64,000 bases of DNA from Macrostomum lignano (Eukaryota), in the NCBI GenBank assembly GCA_002269645.1, contig NIVC01000581.1:124001-188000 (forward strand). The letters run 5' to 3'. This document shows, piece after piece, positions 12,330 to 23,200 of the stretch. Both the position numbers and the translations under genes were made by a program. The notes under the pieces were generated by a model that was given only the letters and a program-made list of their open reading frames with translations, did not search any database and was not told where the DNA came from. Every line of letters starts with the position of its first letter. Position 1 is the first letter of the stretch.

Positions 12330-13590
12330 TTGGCTTCGGGATTCAGGATTGGCTTCAGGACTGGCTTCAGGACTGGCTTCAGGATTGGCTTCAGGATTGG
12401 CTTCAGGATTGGCTTCAGGGTTAGCTTCAGGATTGGCTTCAAGGTTAGCTTCAGGATTGGCTTCAGGATTGGCTTCAGGATTGGCTTCAGGATTGGCTTC
12501 AGGACTGGCTTCAGGATTGGCTTCAGGATTGGCTTCAGGATTGGCTTCAGGGTTAGCTTCAGGATTGGCTTCAAGGTTAGCTTCAGGATTGGCTTCAGGA
12601 TTGGCTTCAGGATTGGCTTCAGGATTGGCTTCAGGACTGGCTTCAGGATTGGCTTCAGGACTGGCTTCAGGATTGGCTTCAGGGTTAGCTTCAGGATTGG
12701 CTTCAAGGTTAGCTTCAGGATTGGCTTCAGGATTGGCTTCAGGATTGGCTTCAGGATTGGTTTCAGGATTGGCTTCAGGATTGGCTTCAGGATTGGCTTC
12801 AGGATTGGTTTCAGGATTGGCTTCAGGATTGGCTTCAGGATTGGCTTCAGGGTTAGCTTCAGGATTGGCTTCAAGGTTAGCTTCAGGATTGGCTTCAGGA
12901 TTGGCTTCAGGATTGGCTTCAGGATTGGCTTCAGGACTGGCTTCAGGATTGGCTTCAGGATTGGCTTCAGGATTGGCTTCAGGATTGGCTTCAGAATTGG
13001 CTTCAGGACTGGCTTCAGGATTAGTTTCAGGATTAGCTTCAGGATTGGCTTCAGGACTGGCTTCAGGATTGGTTTCAGGATTAGCTTCAGGACTGGCTTC
13101 AGGGTTGGCTTCAGGACTGGCTTCAGGATTGGCTTCAGGACTGGCTTCAGGATTGGCTTCAGGACTGGCTTCAGGATTGGTTTCAGGATTAGCTTCAGGA
13201 CTGGCTTCAGGGTTGGCTTCAGGACTGGCTTCAGGATTGGCTTCAGGACTGATTTCAGGATTGGCTTCAGGTTTGGCTTCAGGATTGGCTTCAGGGTTGG
13301 CTTCAGGATTGGCTTCAGGATTGGCTTCATGATTGGCTTTAGGACTGGCTTCAGGATTGGCTTCAGGATTGGCTTCAGGACTGGCTTCAGGATTGGCTTC
13401 AGGATTGGTTTTTAGGATTAGATTCAGGATTGGCTTCAGGGTTAGCTTCAGGATTCGCTTCAGGTTTGGCTTCAGGGTTAGCTTCAGGATTGGTTTTAGG
13501 ATTGGCTTCAGGATTGGCTTCAGGGTTGGCTTCAGGGTTAGCTTCAGGATTGGTTTCAGGTTTGTTTTCAGGATTGGCTTCAGGGTTTTA
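12330..13590. repeat. 12-bp minisatellite, about 100 copies (GGATTGGCTTCA)
   Basis: Source of the GLAS/FRIG/KPIL ORFs; recurring variant blocks. Confidence 0.95.
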
Positions 13591-13800
13591 AGGCTTCAGG
13601 GTCCATACCATCATCACGGAGCGGACCAAGATGATCAAAAGCAGCCTGCTCACTCTCAGGCTGCTGAGGTTTTGTATTTTTTCTGCGAACTCCGTGAAAG
13701 CTGTAGTCACATGTGCGAGCGTACTGAGCGCTGGTAGAACAGAAGTTTTATTTAATGGGAAGGCTGCGCCGCCCGCGCTTAATTTAAAGCAGTACAGAAC

Positions 13801-16088
13801 AAGCAGGGTCCCACCAGTTTGATTCAACTTCAAGATCACAGTGATCCCAGCTAACTGCAGCAGGGTCCCACCAGTTTGATTCAACTTCAAGATCGCCGTG
13901 ATCCCAGCTAACTGCAGCAGGGTCCCACCAGTTTGATTCAACTTCAAGATCGCCGTGATCCCAGCTAACTGCAGCAGGGTCCCACCAGTTTGATTCAACT
14001 TCAAGATCGCCGTGATCCCAGCTAACTGCAGCAGGGTCCCACCAGTTTGATTCAACTTCAAGATCGCCGTGATCCCAGCTAACTGCAGCAGGGTCCCACC
14101 AGTTTGATTCAACTTCAAGATCACAGTGATCCCAGCTAACTGCAGCAGGGTCCCACCAGTTTGATTCAACTTCAAGATCACAGTGATCCCAGCTAACTGC
14201 AGCAGGGTCCCACCAGTTTGATTCAACTTCAAGATCACAGTGATCCCAGCTAACTGCAGCAGGGTCCCACCAGTTTGATTCAACTTCAAGATCGCCGTGA
14301 TCCCAGCTAACTGCAGCAGGGTCCCACCAGTTTGATTCAACTTCAAGATCGCCGTGATCCCAGCTAACTGCAGCAGGGTCCCACCAGTTTGATTCAACTT
14401 CAAGATCGCCGTGATCCCAGCTAACTGCAGCAGGGTCCCACCAGTTTGATTCAACTTCAAGATCACAGTGATCCCAGCTAACTGCAGCAGGGTCCCACCA
14501 GTTTGATTCAACTTCAAGATCGCCGTGATCCCAGCTAACTGCAGCAGGGTCCCACCAGTTTGATTCAACTTCAAGATCACAGTGATCCCAGCTAACTGCA
14601 GCAGGGTCCCACCAGTTTGATTCAACTTCAAGATCACAGTGATCCCAGCTAACTGCAGCAGGGTCCCACCAGTTTGATTCAACTTCAAGATCACAGTGAT
14701 CCCAGCTAACTGCAGCAGGGTCCCACCAGTTTGATTCAACTTCAAGATCGCCGTGATCCCAGCTAACTGCAGCAGGGTCCCACCAGTTTGATTCAACTTC
14801 AAGATCACAGTGATCCCAGCTAACTGCAGCAGGGTCCCACCAGTTTGATTCAACTTCAAGATCGCCGTGATCCCAGCTAACTGCAGCAGGGTCCCACCAG
14901 TTTGATTCAACTTCAAGATCACAGTGATCCCAGCTAACTGCAGCAGGGTCCCACCAGTTTGATTCAACTTCAAGATCACAGTGATCCCAGCTAACTGCAG
15001 CAGGGTCCCACCAGTTTGATTCAACTTCAAGATCACAGTGATCCCAGCTAACTGCAGCAGGGTCCCACCAGTTTGATTCAACTTCAAGATCGCCGTGATC
15101 CCAGCTAACTGCAGCAGGGTCCCACCAGTTTGATTCAACTTCAAGATCGCCGTGATCCCAGCTAACTGCAGCAGGGTCCCACCAGTTTGATTCAACTTCA
15201 AGATCGCCGTGATCCCAGCTAACTGCAGCAGGGTCCCACCAGTTTGATTCAACTTCAAGATCACAGTGATCCCAGCTAACTGCAGCAGGGTCCCACCAGT
15301 TTGATTCAACTTCAAGATCGCCGTGATCCCAGCTAACTGCAGCAGGGTCCCACCAGTTTGATTCAACTTCAAGATCACAGTGATCCCAGCTAACTGCAGC
15401 AGGGTCCCACCAGTTTGATTCAACTTCAAGATCACAGTGATCCCAGCTAACTGCAGCAGGGTCCCACCAGTTTGATTCAACTTCAAGATCACAGTGATCC
15501 CAGCTAACTGCAGCAGGGTCCCACCAGTTTGATTCAACTTCAAGATCGCCGTGATCCCAGCTAACTGCAGCAGGGTCCCACCAGTTTGATTCAACTTCAA
15601 GATCACAGTGATCCCAGCTAACTGCAGCAGGGTCCCACCAGTTTGATTCAACTTCAAGATCGCCGTGATCCCAGCTAACTGCAGCAGGGTCCCACCAGTT
15701 TGATTCAACTTCAAGATCACAGTGATCCCAGCTAACTGCAGCAGGGTCCCACCAGTTTGATTCAACTTCAAGATCACAGTGATCCCAGCTAACTGCAGCA
15801 GGGTCCCACCAGTTTGATTCAACTTCAAGATCACAGTGATCCCAGCTAACTGCAGCAGGGTCCCACCAGTTTGATTCAACTTCAAGATCGCCGTGATCCC
15901 AGCTAACTGCAGCAGGGTCCCACCAGTTTGATTCAACTTCAAGATCGCCGTGATCCCAGCTAACTGCAGCAGGGTCCCACCAGTTTGATTCAACTTCAAG
16001 ATCGCCGTGATCCCAGCTAACTGCAGCAGGGTCCCACCAGTTTGATTCAACTTCAAGATCACAGTGATCCCAGCTAACTGCAGCAGGG
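13801..16088. repeat. 57-bp minisatellite, about 40 copies, derived from retrotransposon integrase coding sequence
   Basis: The minus-strand unit translates to DPAAVSWDH(G/C)DLEVESNWW and is contiguous and in frame with integrase HHCC ...CGRCKSV. Confidence 0.95.
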
Positions 16089-16680
16089 TCGACCGACTTG
16101 CAGCGGCCGCAGCTGTCAACCACCCGCTCCACATCCTGACGCTGTACTTGGCCGTCCAGGAAGCTTAGTCTGGCAAAGTACAGTGTCTTATCCACGCCGA
16201 AGTGATGTTACTCATGGCATTTCTTGATGTCTTCGTCGATAGGGAGCAGCCCGATCGCACACTGAGGCCCCTGGCGCAACCACTTGCTGCGGCACCCGTG
16301 TGAGTGCGTCGGCCTTATTTAGCGAGGACACCTCTGGCGACGTCTAATTCCAAGCCTCACCCCTGCCGTGTCGCGGATCAGTGCCAGCCGTCTTCTTGCC
16401 AGAGATTCACCCAGACCCTTGACTCTGATGGGTTTCTTGCCGGCGATCAACGATCGGATCCAGCCGTACACGGTCGCCGAGTCAGTCACGATTTCCACTC
16501 TCTTCGTGCCCCAGCCGATTGCTAGGTTGAGCCCCTTGATGATCGCTTTGAGTTCAGCCAAGTTTATGTCGTCTGGCTTACGTAGCCACGAGGCGTCTTC
16601 AGCGATGACACCACGTTTACTTCTAGGCACGCACCGATCGCTCTGCTGCTGGCGTCGCACCATGCCATGTCGGAGTTGTG
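16030..16680 (-). mobile_element. Decayed LTR-retrotransposon pol fragment: RNase H followed by the integrase HHCC zinc finger (RH-INT order as in Ty3/Gypsy or BEL/Pao)
   Basis: Across frameshifts: WCDASS...EDASWLRK..INLAEL.A..KG.NLA..WG...VEIVTDS...NKADALTRVP (D-E-D-D), then CHE*HHFGVDKTLYFAR...CGRC. Several frameshifts and one stop; the catalytic core is missing. Confidence 0.85.
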
Positions 16681-17067
16681 GTTAGAATTGCTAAGAATTT
16701 CTTCCAGATTGATTATTTTTATTTCAGCTTCATTCTGAGGATATTCGTAACGGAATTGGTAATTTTGGTAGTACTTGGTGTCTGCAGTCTTGTTCAAATA
16801 GGCTCTGCTCCACTCCTTTTAGCTCCATGTCCGACTCCACATGATTCATAAAGCCGAAACAGCGACTTGCGAATCAGTGTTTGTCCCAGATAGCATCGTA
16901 TACATATAACTATATTTGTCACTTCACAGATTTGTGCGTGCACTACTACTAGGACCATAATAAAGGAGTAAAAATTGAAGAAATAATAAGACAAATTTTA
17001 CAAGTAAATTTACAAACACGAAAGATATAAATATCTTTTTCAAGACATCGATTTCCATCTTAGGCAT

Positions 17068-17073
17068 TTTATT
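17068..17073 (-). terminator. AATAAA poly(A) signal of the mucin-like gene
   Basis: TTTATT on the plus strand about 120 nt downstream of the TAG. Confidence 0.6.
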
Positions 17074-17192
17074 CGGTTATACTCAACGCTTTCCCGGAAA
17101 ATCGTTAATATGATATTTAACATCCTTTTTAGGGCACCACTCGTGTTTATATATAAATCATGAGAGCCGTAGGCATCTATCTATCAATTTAT

Positions 17193-18581
17193 CTATCTCC
17201 GACGACGACGATCATTCTCCACGGTTGTTGTCGGAGTGGTTGTTGTTGGAGTGGTTGTTGTTGGAGTGGTTGTTGTCGGAGTGGTTGTTGTCGGAGTGGT
17301 TGTTGTCGGAGTGGTTGTTGTCGGAGTGGTTGTTGTCGGAGTGGTTGTTGTTGGAGTGGTTGTTGTTGGAGTGGTTGTTGTCGGAGTGGTTGTTGTCGGA
17401 GTGGTTGTTGTCGGAGTGGTTGTTGTCGGAGTGGTTGTTGTCGGAGTGGTTGTTGTCGGAGTGGTTGTTGTCGGAGTGGTTGTTGTCGGAGTGGTTGTTG
17501 TCGGAGTGGTTGTTGTTGGAGTGGTTGTTGTCGGAGTGGTTGTTGTCGGAGTGGTTGTTGTCGGAGTGGTTGTTGTCGGAGTGGTTGTTGTCGGAGTGGT
17601 TGTGGTCGGAGTGGTTGTTGTTGGAGTAATTGTTGTCGGAGTGGTTGTTGTCGGAGAAGTTGAGGTTGGAGTGGTTGTTGTCGGAGTGGTTGTTGTCGGA
17701 GTGGTTGTTGTCGGAGTGGTTGTGGTCGGAGTGGTTGTTGTTGGAGTAATTGTTGTCGGAGTGGTTGTTGTCGGAGAAGTTGAGGTTGGAGTGGTTGTTG
17801 TCGGAGTGGTTGTAGTCGGAGTGGTTGTTGTCAGAGTGGTTACTGTCGGAGTGGTTGTAGTCGGAGTGGTTGAAGTCGGAGTGGTTGTAGTCGCAGTGAT
17901 TGTAGTCGGAGTGGTTGTCGGAGTGGTTGCTGTCGGAGTGGTTGTAGTCGGAGTGGTTGCTGTCGGAGTGGTTGTCGGAGTGGTTGTGGTCGGAGTGGTT
18001 GTCGGAGTGGTTGTGGTCGGAGTGGTTGTGGTCGGAGTGGTTGTGGTCGGAGTGGTTGTGGTCGGAGTGGTTGTGGTCGGAGTGGTTGTGGTCGGAGTGG
18101 TTGTGGTCGGAGTGGTTGTGTCGGAGTGGTTGTGGTCGGAGTGGTTGTGGTCAGAGTGGTTTTGGTCGGAGAAGTAGTTATTTGGGTGGCAATTGTAGTT
18201 GGCAGTTTTTTCACGGACGCCCCAGAAGCTGCTGTGGTTCCTTGGTCTCCTGCAGTCCAGTTCGAGCTCCTGATGTGGCTGACGCAGCCAGGTGCCGCAG
18301 ACTCCACAAACAGAGCTCCCAGCTGCTCAGCGGTACCGAAGTAGCACGCGGAGTCCCGTTGCAAAGCTCTGTGCAGCACGGAGCAGCTGATGGCGGAGGC
18401 GCACTCAGCAAAGCAGGCCCGAGGGTCTCGAACGCCTTCGAGGCGTCTCAGCTTAGCGAGGCTGGAGTTGCCAGATGGGCACCGGGCCGCCCGGTGGAAC
18501 GCAACCTTTGCTGCCGATGGCTGAGCCTCTGGCTACGGACAGCGCGATGAGCAGGAAGATGAGACAAGCCTTAGAGATCAT
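17193..18581 (-). CDS. Secreted mucin-like protein: signal peptide + Cys-rich PAN/apple-like domain + about 320-aa Thr/Pro-rich stalk (two compensating 1-nt frameshifts)
   Basis: MISKACLIFLLIALSVARG signal; a +1 shift at AAA (about 18508) gives FHRAARCPSG...RACFAECASAISCS...ACYFG...GC; a -1 shift at about 18120 gives (TTTTP)n ending VENDRRRRR*. The span of 1389 nt is divisible by 3. Acceptor-like site before the ATG; AATAAA downstream. Confidence 0.7.
17221..18180. repeat. 15-bp coding tandem repeat (GTTGTCGGAGTGGTT; TTTTP on the minus strand)
   Basis: About 60 units with codon-level variants. Confidence 0.9.
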
Positions 18582-19119
18582 TCTGCTGCTGGCTTGTCGG
18601 GTGAAAATTTCTGTATGCTTCTGCTTTGAGCGCCATTTAAATACATGTAGGAGCGCAGATCTGCCCTGAGCAGCTGTGCATGCCATTTGGGCCGAAAAGG
18701 CAGATGGCACGCCAAGGAGGAAACTACCAGGTACAGCTGGTACCCCGGTCTCCGAAAGGATAAAAAATTGACGTTACATCCGCTGCAGTTTTTCAAGGAG
18801 TCTTCCTTCACCCCTCAGTCGGTCTGAAAGCTCAACATTCTTCTTCGACGCTCAGATCAGGAAGCTCATGCGTCGCTTTCTGTCCCATTGTTCTCGAGTT
18901 TATCCTTGACATCTTGTTGGCGCTCCGCCGGAACACCACCGGAAGGCGGTGAGAGCTGTGCCGGCACTTCCGGCCAAAGCATCCTGTTGAAACAATGGCT
19001 GCTGACAAAGGCAAATTGCGATGGCAGTCACTGAGGCTGCCAGTCCGGTCCTAAAGATGCATTTACGATCTAAATGAAACTGACACAGGTGTGCTGAGAT
19101 TAATGAAATTTATGGCAGC

Positions 19120-19910
19120 AGAGGGAATGGCACTGGCAGCAGGGGAATGGCACTGGCAGCAGGGGAATGGCACTGGCAGCAGGGTAAGTGGCACTGGCAG
19201 CAGGGGAATGGCACTGGCAGCAGGGGAGTGGCACTGGCAGCAGGGTAAGTGGCACTGGCAGCAGGGTAAGTGGCACTGGCAGCAGGGGAATGGCACTGGC
19301 AGCAGGGGAATGGCACTGGCAGCAGGGTAAGTGGCACTGGCAGCAGGGGAATGGCACTGGCAGCAGGGGAATGGCACTGGCAGCAGGGGAATGGCACTGG
19401 CAGCAGGGGAGTGGCACTGGCAGCAGTGGAATGGCACTGGCAGCAGGGTAAGTGGCACTGGCAGCAGAGGAATGGCACTGGCAGCAGGGGAATGGCACTG
19501 GCAGCAGGGTAAGTGGCACTGGCAGCAGGGGAATGGCACTGGCAGCAGGGTAAGTGGCACTGGCAGCAGAGGGAATGGCACTGGCAGCAGGGGAATGGCA
19601 CTGGCAGCAGGGGAATGGCACTGGCAGCAGGGTAAGTGGCACTGGCAGCAGGGGAATGGCACTGGCAGCAGGGGAGTGGCACTGGCAGCAGGGTAAGTGG
19701 CACTGGCAGCAGGGTAAGTGGCACTGGCAGCAGGGGAATGGCACTGGCAGCAGGGGAATGGCACTGGCAGCAGGGTAAGTGGCACTGGCAGCAGGGGAAT
19801 GGCACTGGCAGCAGGGGAATGGCACTGGCAGCAGGGGAATGTCACTGGCAGCAGGGGAATGGCACTGGCAGCAGGGGAATGGCACTGGCAGCAGGGGAAT
19901 GGCACTGGCA
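19120..19910. repeat. 20/21-bp minisatellite (GGCACTGGCAGCAGGGGAAT / GGCACTGGCAGCAGGGTAAGT)
   Basis: About 38 interspersed units. Confidence 0.95.
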
Positions 19911-20236
19911 ACAGAGCGTTCCAAAGCTTGAGTCGATCTCAACTTCTCCAAGTCACTCAGAAATATTCTGTCAGTGCGTCAAGACAGACCTGAGTCGGAG
20001 CCCAGGTGCGCGGCGGCCAGCTCAGCGCAGAAAATGATGGCTATTAGCGAGGCTCGGTCCCGCTATTCGAATCCGCAGCTCGGTGGCTCAAGTAGGCATC
20101 AATCGAGCCTGATTGCGGAGCTCGAGGCTGCTTGAGGCTCACTGATTGCGGAGCCCCCGTCCTGCTCGCATCTTCGCATCGAGGTGAATGAATAAATAGG
20201 CGGGCGCGGGCGGCGGCAGGGAGTTGCGGAGCTGTC

Positions 20237-23200
20237 ATGAGCTGCCTGAGTCCGTGGCCGCTGCTGCTGCTGCTGGCGCTGCTCCTGAGGCCGGGCTTGG
20301 CACAGCGCCAGCGGGTGCACCTGCTGTGCGTCACTACGGAAGGCAGCTTCAGCTGGCCCGACATTGAGTACATGGAGTTCTCTGCCAGCTACATTAACGG
20401 CAACCTGAGCCATCTGTTCCCCGGCTTTGAGCTCAACATCACCTATACTACTGCTGATGGGGTGAGGCTGCGGTGATTGTCGCATGATGCTTGTAGCTCT
20501 CATCCCGCAATCGTTGTTCTCAGGCTCCAGCTGCTTCAACTTCATCATGCCTTCGAGTGACAGTCTGAACAGTCAGGGGCACCAGCACTAGGGGTGCCGA
20601 GCCTGCTGTGAGAGGGGTCGGCACACATTTCGTGAAGGAGCGCCACACCTGCTGTGAAGGGGCGCCAGACCTGCTGTGAAAGGGGCGCCACACCTGCTGT
20701 GAAGGGGCGCCACTCCTGCTGTGAAGGGGCGCCACACCTGCTGTGAAGGGGCGCCACACCTGCTGTGAGAGGGGTCGGCACAGATTTCGTGAAGGAGCGC
20801 CACACCTGCTGTGAAGGGGCGCCAGACCTGCTGTGAAAGGGGCGCCACACCTGCTGTGAAGGGGCGCCACTCCTGCTGTGAAGGGGCGCCACACCTGCTG
20901 TGAAGGAGCGCCACACCTGCTGTGAAGGGGCGCCACACCTGCTGTGAGAGGGGTCGGCACAGATTTCGTGAAGGAGCGCCACACCTGCTGTGAAGGGGCG
21001 CCACACCTGCTGTGAAGGGGCGCCACACCTGCTGTGAAGGGGCGCCACACCTGCTGTGAAGGGGCGCCACACCTGCTGTGAAGGGGCGCCACACCTGCTG
21101 TGAAGGGGGCGCCACACCTGCTGTGAAGGGGCGCCACTCCTGCTGTGAAGGGGCGCTACGCCAACCAAATTATCGAGTATTTCTGTATTTTCCCATCTCC
21201 GCAAAGCGAATGCGGTCGTAAATAACTCGCTTACATTCTCCCACCCGCAGTTCGGGACGGGCAGCGCCGCGAAGGCCTTCATGGACGGCTACCTGCGGCC
21301 GCCCAACAAGGCACTGCTGCTTGGGGCCGCGTTCTCGCAGCAGTCACAAATCGTGGCGGACATCGCTCAGTATTACTACCTGCCGCAGGTGAGGCTCAGT
21401 ATTAATTTACCTGCCGCAGGTGAGGCTCAGTATTAATTTACCTGCCGCAGGTGAGGCTCAGTATTAATTTACCTGCCGCAGGTGAGGCTCAGTATTACTA
21501 CACTTATAAACAGTATTAATGTGCCTCGAGCCGCTATCACGGAAAAGAATTTGCCTCACATTCTTGTCTCGCTACTCAAATCTGTGACCCGAATTTCAGA
21601 TCGGCTACTCGAATGTCTCGCCAACGCTGAGCGACCGGTCAAAGTACCCGTTCTACTTCCGCATGTCCGTCACATCCAGCCTGTTTGTGGATCCGACCAT
21701 CGCCCTGCTGAAGCGCTACAACTGGGAGCAGTTCGGCCTGCTCACCTCCGACTCGGACCTGGTGTACTCGGTGAGCTGATCCACCAACGGTTGCACAAAG
21801 GGGCGTAGGCACCCTGGCTTTGACCTGACCTGGCCCAGTGCCGCCACCTTGTCTAGACTCAGCCACCTAGACCCAGCCACCTAGACTCAGCCACCTAGAC
21901 TCAGCCACCTAGACTCAGCCAACTAGACTCAACCACCTGGACCCAACCACCTAGACCCAGCCACCTAGACCCAGTGCAACCCAGACCCAGTGCAACCCAG
22001 ACCCAGTGCAACCTAGACCCAGTGCAACCTAGACCCAGTGCAACCTAGACCCAGTGCAACCTAGACCCAGTGCAACCTAGACCCAGTGCAACCTAGACCC
22101 AGTGCAACCTAGACCCAGTGCAACCTAGACCCAGTGCAACCTAGACCCAGTGCAACCTAGACCCAGTGCAACCTAGACCCAGTGCAACCTAGACCCAGCC
22201 ACCAGACCCAGCCACCAGACCCAGCCACCAGACCCAGCCACCAGACCCAGCCACCAGACCCAGCCACCAGACCCAGCCACCAGACCCAGCCACCAGACCC
22301 AGCCACCAGACCCAGCCACCAGACCCAGCCACCAGACCCAGCCACCAGACCCAGCCACCAGACCCAGCCACCAGACCCAGCCACCAGACCCAGCCACCAG
22401 ACCCAGCCACCAGACCCAGCCACCAGACCCATGCTTGCCCTGAAGTGTCCAGTGCCCCGCCTGCTCACCGGCAGTCCACCGAGGATTTCGAGGCCGCGCT
22501 GATCAAGAACAACCTGACCTCGTACACGAAGATCATTTTCGGCAGCGACCCCACGAATGCGCTCAAAAGCGTGCTGGTGAGTCGAATCTGATGGAGCTGC
22601 TTTGAGCTGTTGAGAAGTTCAGCCTGACGTCCCCTTTCTCCCTGAGCTGCGGTTCCGTGCGACCCTTGCAGATGAACGACCTTCGCATCATGATTGTCAT
22701 CCGCATGGCGACTACGGAAGCTGCTGGGAAAAGATTTGAATGCCTGGTGAGCAGCTCGAATACCTCCTGCTCTAGAATGAAAAATGACGCAACACCGAAA
22801 TTGTTAAATGCTTTTTGTTTGTCTCCAACTGACCAACAAGTTTGAGAGTCACAATTGTATTATTAAGAAATTCGAGATGCAGTGACGTTTCGAATTCGAA
22901 GTGACTCACAGCGAAAGTTCAGCAGATAACCTGAACAACTTTGAAGTCTTTCTCACTGCCATCTGGACTTGACCTTGAGCTGCTGATGGAATCCAAATTC
23001 AATTACAGCTGAAGTCAATGGGCCTCTATGGACCGAAGTACTTCCTCATCCAGATGGGGTTTCCGTACACCACCAGAGCATTTCCCGGCTCCTGCCCGGA
23101 TGCTGACAGGGCGCAGAGTCTGGAGGGCTCCATCGAATTCGACAGCGCCGTTCTGGACCCGAGCATCATCGAGTCACGGATCGGCATTGCGGAGAAGGTG

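Noticed and set aside
12265-13415. GLAS/FRIG/KPIL ORFs as structural proteins
   Set aside because: Several frames on both strands are open because the 12-bp unit lacks stops there; no signal peptide or credible gene structure
13588-16195. 803-aa and 848-aa ORFs as real repeat proteins
   Set aside because: Both arise from a stop-free 57-bp unit; the upstream pol fragment is frameshifted and has a stop just before HHFG, so translation is unlikely
16794-16994. GIY-YIG/Penelope endonuclease remnant (ICIRCYLGQT...R)
   Set aside because: Similarity is limited to a few residues in a short AT-rich ORF; no RT nearby
17236-18177. Plus-strand (VVVVG)n 313-aa ORF
   Set aside because: Antisense mirror of the Thr-rich mucin frame, which has the signal peptide, Cys domain and poly(A) signal
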